Source: Auanema rhodensis
Lineage: Eukaryota; Animalia; Nematoda
Length of the DNA: 64,000 bases
Assembly: GCA_964057225.1 (NCBI GenBank)
Contig: OZ059897.1
Location: 19,592,001 to 19,656,000, forward strand
Reading direction: 5' to 3'
Position numbers and translations under genes: made by a program. Positions 42,814-56,503 of this stretch are shown here, one piece after another. Below the pieces are notes generated by a model, which saw nothing but the letters and a program-made list of their open reading frames with translations, searched no databases and had not been told where the DNA came from. Position 1 is the stretch's first letter; the number at the start of each line of letters is the position of its first letter.

Positions 42814-45800
42814 TTTGACAAAAATTTTTTCGAAAAATTTCAAAATAATTTAGCAAAAAGTAGATGTTTTTAGATTCGATTTTTCAAGGCAAAGACGATG
42901 GACAATGTTATTCAACGAAAAAATTAATTCTTCAGGGTGAAAATCGAGGATATAAGTGTGAACTTATATCAGTTGATATCTCGGTGCATTTTTAAGCTAG
43001 CGCAAATCTGATAACACAGATCGACGCAGCTTAAAAATCCGCATCGAATGCACTATACTACATTGAGAAAAGCTTAATACAAAAATTAGTTATGATCGTT
43101 TGAAAAATGATGCATTAGTGTATGTTGAGTTTCCATGTACACTCAACATTGCTTCCAAAAACATTTTGACAAAAATTTTTTCGAAAAATTTCAAAATAAT
43201 TTAGCAAAAAGTAGATGTTTTTAGATTCCTTTTTTCAAGGCAAAGACGATGGACAATGTTATTCAACGAAAAAATTATTTCTTCAGGGTGAAAATCGAGG
43301 ATATAAGTGTGAACTTATATCAGTTGATATCTCGGTGCATTTTTAAGCTAGCGCAAATCTGATAACACAGATCGACGCAGCTTAAAAATCCGCATCGAAT
43401 GCACTATACTACATTGAAAAACGCTTGATACAAAAATTAGTTATGATCGTTTGAAAAATGATGCATTAGTGTATGTTGAGTTTCCATGTACACTCAACAT
43501 TGCTTCCAAAAACATTTTGACAAAAATTTTTTCGAAAAATTTCAAAATAATTTAGCAAAAAGTAGATGTTTTTAGATTCCTTTTTTCAAGGCAAAGACGA
43601 TGGACAATGTTATTCAACGAAAAAATTATTTCTTCAGGGTGAAAATCGAGGATATAAGTGTGAACTTATATCAGTTGATATCTCGGTGCATTTTTAAGCT
43701 AGCGCAAATCTGATAACACAGATCGACGCAGCTTAAAAATCCGCATCGAATGCACTATATTACATTGAGAAACACTTGATACAAAAATTAGTTATGATCG
43801 TTTGAAAAATGATGCATTAGTGTATGTTGAGTTTCCATGTACACTCAACATTGCTTCCAAAAACATTTTGACAAAAATTTTTTCGAAAAATTTCAAAATA
43901 ATTTAGCAAAAAGTAGATGTTTTTAGATTCCATTTTTCAAGACAAAGACGATAGACAATGTTATTCAACGAAAAAATTAATTCTTCAGGGTGAAAATCGA
44001 GGATATAAGTGTGAACTTATATCAGTTGATATCTCGGTGCATTTTCAAGCTAGCGCAAATCTGATAACACAGATCGACGCAGCTTAAAAATCCGCATCGA
44101 ATGCACTATATTACATTGAGAAACACTTGATACAAAAATTAGTTATGATCGTTTGAAAAATGATGCATTAGTGTATGTTGAGTTTCCATGTACACTCAAC
44201 ATTGCTTCCAAAAACATTTTGACAAAAATTTTTTCGAAAAATTTCAAAATAATTTAGCAAAAAGTAGATGTTTTTAGATTTCTTTTTTCAAGGCAAAGAC
44301 GATGGACAATGTTATTCAACGAAAAAATTAATTCTTCAGGGTGAAAATCGAGGATATAAGTGTGAACTTATATCAGTTGATATCTCGGTGCATTTTTAAG
44401 CTAGCGCAAATCTGATAACACAGATCGACGCAGCTTATAAATCCGCATCGAATGCACTATACTACATTAAGAAACGCTTGATACAAAAATTAGTTATGAT
44501 CGTTTGAAAAATGATGCATTAGTGTATGTTGAGTTTCCATGTACACTCAACATTGCTTCCAAAAACATTTTGACAAAAATTTTTTCGAAAAATTTCAAAA
44601 TAATTTAGCAAAAAGTAGATGTTTTTAGATTCCATTTTTCAAGGCAAAGACGATGGACAATGTTATTCAACGAAAAAATTAATTCTTCAGGGTGAAAATC
44701 GAGGATATAAGTGTGAACTTATATCAGTTGATATCTCGGTGCATTTTTAAGCTAGCGCAAATCTGATAACACAGATCGACGCAGCTTAAAAATCCGCATC
44801 GAATGCACTATACTACATTGAGAAACGCTTAATACAAAAATTAGTTATGATCGTTTGAAAAATGATGCATTAGTGTATGTTGAGTTTCCATGTACACACA
44901 ACATTGCTTCCAAAAACATTTTGACAAAAATTTTTTCGAAAAATTTCAAAATAATTTAGCAAAAAGTAGATGTTTTAAGATTCCATTTTTCAAGGCAAAG
45001 ACGATGGACAATGTTATTCAACGAAAAAATTAATTCTTCAGGGTGAAAATCGAGGATATAAGTGTGAACTTATATCAGTTGATATCTCGGTGCATTTTTA
45101 AGCTAGCGCAAATCTGATAACACAGATCGACGCAGCTTAAAATTCCGCATCGAATGCACTATACTACATTGAGAAACGCACAATACAAAAATTAGTTATG
45201 ATCGTTTGAAAAATGATGCATTAGTGTATGTTGAGTTTCCATGTACACTCAACATTGCTTCCAAAAACATTTTGACAAAAATTTTTTCGAAAAATTTCAA
45301 AATAATTTAACAAAAAGTAGATGTTTTTAGATTCCATTTTTCAAGGCAAAGACGATAGACAATGTTATTCAACGAAAAAATTAATTCTTCAGGGTGAAAA
45401 TCGAGGATATAAGTGTGAACTTATATCAGTTGATATCTCGGTGCATTTTTAAGCTAGCGCAAATCTGATAACACAGATCGACGCAGCTTAAAAATCCGCA
45501 TCGAATGCACTATACTACATTGAGAAACGCTTAAAACAAAAATTAGTTATGATCGTTTGAAAAATGATGCATTAGTGTATGTTGAGTTTCCATGTACACT
45601 CAACATTGCTTCCAAAAACATTTTGACAAAAATTTTTTCGAAAAATTTCAAAATAATTTAGCAAAAAGTAGATGTTTTTAGATTCCTTTTTTCAAGGCAA
45701 AGACGATGGACAATGTTATTCAACGAAAAAATTATTTCTTCAGGGTGAAAATCGAGGATATAAGTGTGAACTTATATCAGTTGATATCTCGGTGCATTTT

Positions 45801-48429
45801 TAAGCTAGCGCAAATCTGATAACACAGATCGACGCAGCTTAAAAATCCGGATCGAATGCACTATACTACATTAAGAAACGCTTGATACAAAAATTAGTTA
45901 TGATCGTTTGAAAAATGATGCATTAGTGTATGTTGAGTTTCCATGTACACTCAACATTGCTTCCAAAAACATTTTGACAAAAATTTTTTCGAAAAATTTC
46001 AAAATAATTTAGCAAAAAGTAGATGTTTTTAGATTCCATTTTTCAAGGCAAAGACGATAGACAATGTTATTCAACGAAAAAATTAATTCTTCAGGGTGAA
46101 AATCGAGGATATAAGTGTGAACTTATATCAGTTGATATCTCGGTGCATTTTTAAGCTAGCGCAAATCTGATAACACAGATCGACGCAGCTTAAAAATCCG
46201 GATCGAATGCACTATACTACATTAAGAAACGCTTGATACAAAAATTAGTTATGATCGTTTGAAAAATGATGCATTAGTGTATGTTGAGTTTCCATGTACA
46301 CTCAACATTGCTTCCAAAAACATTTTGACAAAAATTTTTTCGAAAAATTTCAAAATAATTTAACAAAAAGTAGATGTTTTTAGATTCCATTTTTCAAGGC
46401 AAAGACGATAGACAATGTTATTCAACGAAAAAATTAATTCTTCAGGGTGAAAATCGAGGATATAAGTGTGAACTTATATCAGTTGATATCTCGGTGCATT
46501 TTTAAGCTAGCGCAAATCTGATAACACAGATCGACGCAGCTTAAAAATCCGCATCGAATGCACTATACTACATTGAGAAACGCTTAATACAAAAATTAGT
46601 TATGATCGTTTGAAAAATGATGCATTAGTGTATGTTGAGTTTCCATGTACACTCAACATTGCTTCCAAAAACATTTTGACAAAAATTTTTTCGAAAAATT
46701 TCAAAATAATTTAGCAAAAAGTAGATGTTTTTAGATTCCTTTTTTCAAGGCAAAGACGATGGACAATGTTATTCAACGAAAAAATTATTTCTTCAGGGTG
46801 AAAATCGAGGATATAAGTGTGAACTTATATCAGTTGATATCTCGGTGCATTTTTAAGCTAGCGCAAATCTGATAACACAGATCGACGCAGCTTAAAAATC
46901 CGGATCGAATGCACTATACTACATTAAGAAACGCTTGATACAAAAATTAGTTATGATCGTTTGAAAAATGATGCATTAGTGTATGTTGAGTTTCCATGTA
47001 CACTCAACATTGCTTCCAAAAACATTTTGACAAAAATTTTTTCGAAAAATTTCAAAATAATTTAGCAAAAAGTAGATGTTTTTAGATTCCATTTTTCAAG
47101 GCAAAGACGATAGACAATGTTATTCAACGAAAAAATTAATTCTTCAGGGTGAAAATCGAGGATATAAGTGTGAACTTATATCAGTTGATATCTCGGTGCA
47201 TTTTTAAGCTAGCGCAAATCTGATAACACAGATCGACGCAGCTTAAAAATCCGCATCGAATGCACTATACTACATTAAGAAACGCTTGATACAAAAATTA
47301 GTTATGATCGTTTGAAAAATGATGCATTAGTGTATGTTGAGTTTCCATGTACACTCAACATTGCTTCCAAAAACATTTTGACAAAAATTTTTTCGAAAAA
47401 TTTCAAAATAATTTAGCAAAAAGTAGATGTTTTTAGATTCCATTTTTCAAGGCAAAGACGATAGACAATGTTATTCAACGAAAAAATTAATTCTTCAGGG
47501 TGAAAATCGAGGATATAAGTGTGAACTTATATCAGTTGATATCTCGGTGCATTTTTAAGCTAGCGCAAATCTGATAACACAGATCGACGCAGCTTAAAAA
47601 TCCGCATCGAATGCACTATACTACATTGAGAAACGCTTAATACAAAAATTAGTTATGATCGTTTGAAAAATGATGCATTAGTGTATGTTGAGTTTCCATG
47701 TACACTCAACATTGCTTCCAAAAACATTTTGACAAAAATTTTTTCGAAAAATTTCAAAATAATTTAGCAAAAAGTAGATGTTTTTAGATTCCTTTTTTCA
47801 AGGCAAAGACGATGGACAATGTTATTCAACGAAAAAATTATTTCTTCAGGGTGAAAATCGAGGATATAAGTGTGAACTTATATCAGTTGATATCTCGGTG
47901 CATTTTTAAGCTAGCGCAAATCTGATAACACAGATCGACGCAGCTTAAAAATCCGGATCGAATGCACTATACTACATTAAGAAACGCTTGATACAAAAAT
48001 TAGTTATGATCGTTTGAAAAATGATGCATTAGTGTATGTTGAGTTTCCATATACACTCAACATTGCTTCCAAAAACATTTTGACAAAAATTTTTTCGAAA
48101 AATTTCAAAATAATTTAGCAAAAAGTAGATGTTTTTAGATTTCATTTTTCAAGGCAAAGACGATAGACAATGTTATTCAACGGAAAAGTTATTTCTTCAG
48201 GGTGAAAATCGAGGATATAAGTGTGAACTTATATCAGTTGATATCTCGGTGCATTTTTAAGCTAGCGCAAATCTGATAACACAGATCGACGCAGCTTAAA
48301 ATTCCGCATCGAATGCACTATACTACATTGAGAAACGCACAATACAAAAATTAGTTATGATCGTTTGAAAAATGATGCATTAGTGTATGTTGAGTTTCCA
48401 TGTACACTCAACATTGCTTCCAAAAACAT
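42814..48429. repeat. Copy 2 of the long-range duplicated block
   Basis: Matching rare variants at 43942, 44281, 44438, 44898, 45310. Confidence 0.85.
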
Positions 48430-51400
48430 TTTGACAAAAATTTTTTCGAAAAATTTCAAAATAATTTAACAAAAAGTAGATGTTTTTAGATTCCATTTTT
48501 CAAGGCAAAGACGATAGACAATGTTATTCAACGAAAAAATTAATTCTTCAGGGTGAAAATCGAGGATATAAGTGTGAACTTATATCAGTTGATATCTCGG
48601 TGCATTTTTAAGCTAGCGCAAATCTGATAACACAGATCGACGCAGCTTAAAAATCCGCATCGAATGCACTATACTACATTGAGAAACGCTTAATACAAAA
48701 ATTAGTTATGATCGTTTGAAAATTGATGCATTAGTGTATGTTGAGTTTCCATGTACACTCAACATTGCTTCCAAAAACATTTTGACAAAAATTTTTTCGA
48801 AAAATTTCAAAATAATTTAGCAAAAAGTAGATGTTTTTAGATCCCTTTTTTCAAGGCAAAGACGATGAACAATGTTATTCAACGAAAAAATTATTTCTTC
48901 AGGGTGAAAATCGAGGATATAAGTGTGAACTTATATCAGTTGATATCTCGGTGCATTTTTAAGCTAGCGCAAATCTGATAACACAGATCGACGCAGCTTA
49001 AAAATCCGCCTCGAATGCACTATACTACATTGAAAAACGCTTAATACAAAAATTAGTTATGATCGTTTGAAAAATGATGCATTAGTGTATGTTGAGTTTC
49101 CATGTACACTCAACATTGCTTCCAAAAACATTTTGACAAAAATTTTTTCGAAAAATTTCAAAATAATTTAGCAAAAAGTAGATGTTTTTAGATTCGATTT
49201 TTCAAGGCAAAGACGATGGACAATGTTATTCAACGAAAAAATTAATTCTTCAGGGTGAAAATCGAGGATATAAGTGTGAACTTATATCAGTTGATATCTC
49301 GGTGCATTTTTAAGCTAGCGCAAATCTGATAACACAGATCGACGCAGCTTAAAAATCCGCATCGAATGCACTATACTACATTGAGAAAAGCTTAATACAA
49401 AAATTAGTTATGATCGTTTGAAAAATGATGCATTAGTGTATGTTGAGTTTCCATGTACACTCAACATTGCTTCCAAAAACATTTTGACAAAAATTTTTTC
49501 GAAAAATTTCAAAATAATTTAGCAAAAAGTAGATGTTTTTAGATTCCATTTTTCAAGGCAAAGACGATAGACAATGTTATTCAACGAAAAAATTATTTCT
49601 TCAGGGTGAAAATCGAGGATATAAGAGTGAACTTATATCAGTTGATATCTCGGTGCATTTTCAAGCTAGCGCAAATCTGATAACACAGATCGACGCAGCT
49701 TAAAAATCCGCATCGAATGCACTATACTACATTGAGAAACGCTTAATACAAAAATTAGTTATGATCGTTTGAAAAATGATGCATTAGTGTATGTTGAGTT
49801 TCCATGTACACTCAACATTGCTTCCAAAAACATTTTGACAAAAATTTTTTCGAAAAATTTCAAAATAATTTAGCAAAAAGTAGATGTTTTTAGATTCCTT
49901 TTTTCAAGGCAAAGACGATGGACAATGTTATTCAACGAAAAAATTATTTCTTCAGGGTGAAAATCGAGGATATAAGTGTGAACTTATATCAGTTGATATC
50001 TCGGTGCATTTTTAAGCTAGCGCAAATCTGATAACACAGATCGACGCAGCTTAAAAATCCGGATCGAATGCACTATACTACATTAAGAAACGCTTGATAC
50101 AAAAATTAGTTATGATCGTTTGAAAAATGATGCATTAGTGTATGTTGAGTTTCCATGTACACTCAACATTGCTTCCAAAAACATTTTTTCGAAAAATTTT
50201 TTCGAAAAATTTCAAAATAATTTAGCAAAAAGTAGATGTTTTTAGATTCCATTTTTCAAGGCAAAGACGATAGACAATGTTATTCAACGAAAAAATTAAT
50301 TCTTCAGGGTGAAAATCGAGGATATAAGTGTGAACTTATATCAGTTGATATCTCGGTGCATTTTTAAGCTAGCGCAAATCTGATAACACAGATCGACGCA
50401 GCTTAAAAATCCGCATCGAATGCACTATACTACATTGAGAAACGCTTAATACAAAAATTAGTTATGATCGTTTGAAAAATGATGCATTAGTGTATGTTGA
50501 GTTTCCATGTACACTCAACATTGCTTCCAAAAACATTTTGACAAAAATTTTTTCGAAAAATTTCAAAATAATTTAGCAAAAAGTAGATGTTTTTAGATTC
50601 CTTTTTTCAAGGCAAAGACGATGGACAATGTTATTCAACGAAAAAATTATTTCTTCAGGGTGAAAATCGAGGATATAAGTGTGAACTTATATCAGTTGAT
50701 ATCTCGGTGCATTTTTAAGCTAGCGCAAATCTGATAACACAGATCGACGCAGCTTAAAAATCCGGATCGAATGCACTATACTACATTAAGAAACGCTTGA
50801 TACAAAAATTAGTTATGATCGTTTGAAAAATGATGCATTAGTGTATGTTGAGTTTCCATGTACACTCAACATTGCTTCCAAAAACATTTTGACAAAAATT
50901 TTTTCGAAAAATTTCAAAATAATTTAGCAAAAAGTAGATGTTTTTAGATTCCATTTTTCAAGGCAAAGACGATAGACAATGTTATTCAACGGAAAAGTTA
51001 ATTCTTCAGGGTGAAAATCGAGGATATAAGTGTGAACTTATATCAGTTGATATCTCGGTGCATTTTTAAGCTAGCGCAAATCTGATAACACAGATCGACG
51101 CAGCTTAAAAATCCGCATCGAATGCACTATACTACATTGAAAAACGCTTGATACAAAAATTAGTTATGATCGTTTGAAAAATGATGCATTAGTGTATGTT
51201 GAGTTTCCATGTACACTCAATATTGCTTCCAAAAACATTTTGACAAAAATTTTTTCGAAAAATTTCAAAATAATTTAGCAAAAAGTAGATGTTTTTAGAT
51301 TCCTTTTTTCAAGGCAAAGACGATGGACAATGTTATTCAACGAAAAAATTATTTCTTCAGGGTGAAAATCGAGGATATAAGTGTGAACTTATATCAGTTG

Positions 51401-52993
51401 ATATCTCGGTGCATTTTTAAGCTAGCGCAAATCTGATAACACAGATCGACGCAGCTTAAAAATCCGCATCGAATGCACTATACTACATTGAGAAACGCTT
51501 AATACAAAAATTAGTTATGATCGTTTGAAAAATGATGCATTAGTGTATGTTGAGTTTCCATGTACACTCAACATTGCTTCCAAAAACATTTTGACAAAAA
51601 TTTTTTCGAAAAATTTCAAAATAATTTAGCAAAAAGTAGATGTTTTTAGATTCCTTTTTTCAAGGCAAAGACGATGGACAATGTTATTCAACGAAAAAAT
51701 TATTTCTTCAGGGTGAAAATCGAGGATATAAGTGTGAACTTATATCAGTTGATATCTCGGTGCATTTTTAAGCTAGCGCAAATCTGATAACACAGATCGA
51801 CGCAGCTTAAAAATCCGCATCGAATGCACTATACTACATTGAAAAACGCTTAATACAAAAATTAGTTATGATCGTTTGAAAAATGATGCATTAGTGTATG
51901 TTGAGTTTCCATGTACACTCAACATTGCTTCCAAAAACATTTTGACAAAAATTTTTTCGAAAAATTTCAAAATAATTTAGCAAAAAGTAGATGTTTTTAG
52001 ATTCGATTTTTCAAGGCAAAGACGATGGACAATGTTATTCAACGAAAAAATTAATTCTTCAGGGTGAAAATCGAGGATATAAGTGTGAACTTATATCAGT
52101 TGATATCTCGGTGCATTTTTAAGCTAGCGCAAATCTGATAACACAGATCGACGCAGCTTAAAAATCCGCATCGAATGCACTATACTACATTGAGAAAAGC
52201 TTAATACAAAAATTAGTTATGATCGTTTGAAAAATGATGCATTAGTGTATGTTGAGTTTCCATGTACACTCAACATTGCTTCCAAAAACATTTTGACAAA
52301 AATTTTTTCGAAAAATTTCAAAATAATTTAGCAAAAAGTAGATGTTTTTAGATTCCTTTTTTTAAGGCAAAGACGATGGACAATGTTATTCAACGAAAAA
52401 ATTATTTCTTCAGGGTGAAAATCGAGGATATAAGTGTGAACTTATATCAGTTGATATCTCGGTGCATTTTTAAGCTAGCGCAAATCTGATAACACAGATC
52501 GACGCAGCTTAAAAATCCGCATCGAATGCACTATACTACATTGAGAAACGCTTAATACAAAAATTAGTTATGATCGTTTGAAAAATGATGCATTAGTGTA
52601 TGTTGAGTTTCCATGTACACTCAACATTGCTTCCAAAAACATTTTGACAAAAATTTTTTCGAAAAATTTCAAAATAATTTAGCAAAAAGTAGATGTTTTT
52701 AGATTCCTTTTTTCAAGGCAAAGACGATGGACAATGTTATTCAACGAAAAAATTATTTCTTCAGGGTGAAAATCGAGGATATAAGTGTGAACTTATATCA
52801 GTTGATATCTCGGTGCATTTTTAAGCTAGCGCAAATCTGATAACACAGATCGACGCAGCTTAAAAATCCGCATCGAATGCACTATATTACATTGAGAAAC
52901 ACTTGATACAAAAATTAGTTATGATCGTTTGAAAAATGATGCATTAGTGTATGTTGAGTTTCCATGTACACTCAACATTGCTTCCAAAAACAT

Positions 52994-55900
52994 TTTGACA
53001 AAAATTTTTTCGAAAAATTTCAAAATAATTTAGCAAAAAGTAGATGTTTTAAGATTCCATTTTTCAAGGCAAAGACGATGGACAATGTTATTCAACGAAA
53101 AAATTAATTCTTCAGGGTGAAAATCGAGGATATAAGTGTGAACTTATATCAGTTGATATCTCGGTGCATTTTTAAGCTAGCGCAAATCTGATAACACAGA
53201 TCGACGCAGCTTAAAAATCCGCATCGAATGCACTATACTACATTAAGAAACGCTTGATACAAAAATTAGTTATGATCGTTTGAAAAATGATGCATTAGTG
53301 TATGTTGAGTTTCCATGTACACTCAACATTGCTTCCAAAAACATTTTGACAAAAATTTTTTCGAAAAATTTCAAAATAATTTAGCAAAAAGTAGATGTTT
53401 TTAGATTCCATTTTTTAAGGCAAAGACGATAGACAATGTTATTCAACGAAAAAATAAATTCTTCAGGGTGAAAATCGAGGATATAAGTGTGAACTTATAT
53501 CAGTTGATATCTCGGTGCATTTTTAAGCTAGCGCAAATCTGATAACACAGATCGACGCAGCTTAAAAATCCGCATCGAATGCACTATATTACATTGAGAA
53601 ACACTTGATACAAAAATTAGTTATGATCGTTTGAAAAATGATGCATTAGTGTATGTTGAGTTTCCATGTACACTCAACATTGCTTCCAAAAACATTTTGA
53701 CAAAAATTTTTTCGAAAAATTTCAAAATAATTTAGCAAAAAGTAGATGTTTTTAGATTCCTTCTTTTAAGGCAAAGACGATGGACAATGTTATTCAACGA
53801 AAAAATTAATTCTTCAGGGTGAAAATCGAGGATATAAGTGTGAACTTATATCAGTTGATATCTCGGTGCATTTTTAAGCTAGCGCAAATCTGATAACACA
53901 GATCGACGCAGCTTAAAAATCCGCATCGAATGCACTATACTACATTAAGAAACGCTTGATACAAAAATTAGTTATGATCGTTTGAAAAATGATGCATTAG
54001 TGTATGTTGAGTTTCCATGTACACTCAACATTGCTTCCAAAAACATTTTGACAAAAATTTTTTCGAAAAATTTCAAAATAATTTAGCAAAAAGTAGATGT
54101 TTTTAGATTCCATTTTTCAAGGCAAAGACGATAGACAATGTTATTCAACGAAAAAATTAATTCTTCAGGGTGAAAATCGAGGATATAAGTGTGAACTTAT
54201 ATCAGTTGATATCTCGGTGCATTTTTAAGCTAGCGCAAATCTGATAACACAGATCGACGCAGCTTAAAAATCCGCATCGAATGCACTATATTACATTGAG
54301 AAACACTTGATACAAAAATTAGTTATGATCGTTTGAAAAATGATGCATTAGTGTATGTTGAGTTTCCATGTACACTCAACATTGCTTCCAAAAACATTTT
54401 GACAAAAATTTTTTCGAAAAATTTCAAAATAATTTAGCAAAAAGTAGATGTTTTTAGATTCCTTTTTTCAAGGCAAAGACGATAGACAATGTTATTCAAC
54501 GAAAAAATTAATTCTTCAGGGTGAAAATCGAGGATATAAGTGTGAACTTATATCAGTTGATATCTCGGTGCATTTTTAAGCTAGCGCAAATCTGATAACA
54601 CAGATCGACGCAGCTTAAAAATCCGCATCGAATGCACTATACTACATTGAGAAACGCTTAATACAAAAATTAGTTATGATCGTTTGAAAAATGATGCATT
54701 AGTGTATGTTGAGTTTCCATGTACACTCAACATTGCTTCCAAAAACATTTTGACAAAAATTTTTTCGAAAAATTTCAAAATAATTTAGCAAAAAGTAGAT
54801 GTTTTAAGATTCCATTTTTCAAGGCAAAGACGATGGACAATGTTATTCAACGAAAAAATTAATTCTTCAGGGTGAAAATCGAGGATATAAGTGTGAACTT
54901 ATATCAGTTGATATCTCGGTGCATTTTTAAGCTAGCGCAAATCTGATAACACAGATCGACGCAGCTTAAAAATCCGCATCGAATGCACTATACTACATTA
55001 AGAAACGCTTGATACAAAAATTAGTTATGATCGTTTGAAAAATGATGCATTAGTGTATGTTGAGTTTCCATGTACACTCAACATTGCTTCCAAAAACATT
55101 TTGACAAAAATTTTTTCGAAAAATTTCAAAATAATTTAGCAAAAAGTAGATGTTTTTAGATTCCATTTTTTAAGGCAAAGACGATAGACAATGTTATTCA
55201 ACGAAAAAATAAATTCTTCAGGGTGAAAATCGAGGATATAAGTGTGAACTTATATCAGTTGATATCTCGGTGCATTTTTAAGCTAGCGCAAATCTGATAA
55301 CACAGATCGACGCAGCTTAAAAATCCGCATCGAATGCACTATATTACATTGAGAAACACTTGATACAAAAATTAGTTATGATCGTTTGAAAAATGATGCA
55401 TTAGTGTATGTTGAGTTTCCATGTACACTCAACATTGCTTCCAAAAACATTTTGACAAAAATTTTTTCGAAAAATTTCAAAATAATTTAGCAAAAAGTAG
55501 ATGTTTTTAGATTCCTTCTTTTAAGGCAAAGACGATGGACAATGTTATTCAACGAAAAAATTAATTCTTCAGGGTGAAAATCGAGGATATAAGTGTGAAC
55601 TTATATCAGTTGATATCTCGGTGCATTTTTAAGCTAGCGCAAATCTGATAACACAGATCGACGCAGCTTAAAAATCCGCATCGAATGCACTATACTACAT
55701 TAAGAAACGCTTGATACAAAAATTAGTTATGATCGTTTGAAAAATGATGCATTAGTGTATGTTGAGTTTCCATGTACACTCAACATTGCTTCCAAAAACA
55801 TTTTGACAAAAATTTTTTCGAAAAATTTCAAAATAATTTAGCAAAAAGTAGATGTTTTTAGATTCCATTTTTCAAGGCAAAGACGATAGACAATGTTATT

Positions 55901-56503
55901 CAACGAAAAAATTAATTCTTCAGGGTGAAAATCGAGGATATAAGTGTGAACTTATATCAGTTGATATCTCGGTGCATTTTTAAGCTAGCGCAAATCTGAT
56001 AACACAGATCGACGCAGCTTAAAAATCCGCATCGAATGCACTATATTACATTGAGAAACACTTGATACAAAAATTAGTTATGATCGTTTGAAAAATGATG
56101 CATTAGTGTATGTTGAGTTTCCATGTACACTCAACATTGCTTCCAAAAACATTTTGACAAAAATTTTTTCGAAAAATTTCAAAATAATTTAGCAAAAAGT
56201 AGATGTTTTTAGATTCCTTTTTTCAAGGCAAAGACGATAGACAATGTTATTCAACGAAAAAATTAATTCTTCAGGGTGAAAATCGAGGATATAAGTGTGA
56301 ACTTATATCAGTTGATATCTCGGTGCATTTTTAAGCTAGCGCAAATCTGATAACACAGATCGACGCAGCTTAAAAATCCGCATCGAATGCACTATACTAC
56401 ATTGAGAAACGCTTAATACAAAAATTAGTTATGATCGTTTGAAAAATGATGCATTAGTGTATGTTGAGTTTCCATGTACACTCAACATTGCTTCCAAAAA
56501 CAT
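52994..56503. repeat. Tandem duplication of a 5-monomer block (1755 bp)
   Basis: CCATTTTTTAAGG with AAAAATAAATT (variant base 53416 and 55171) and CCTTCTTTT (53763 and 55518) are each 1755 bp apart. Confidence 0.88.
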
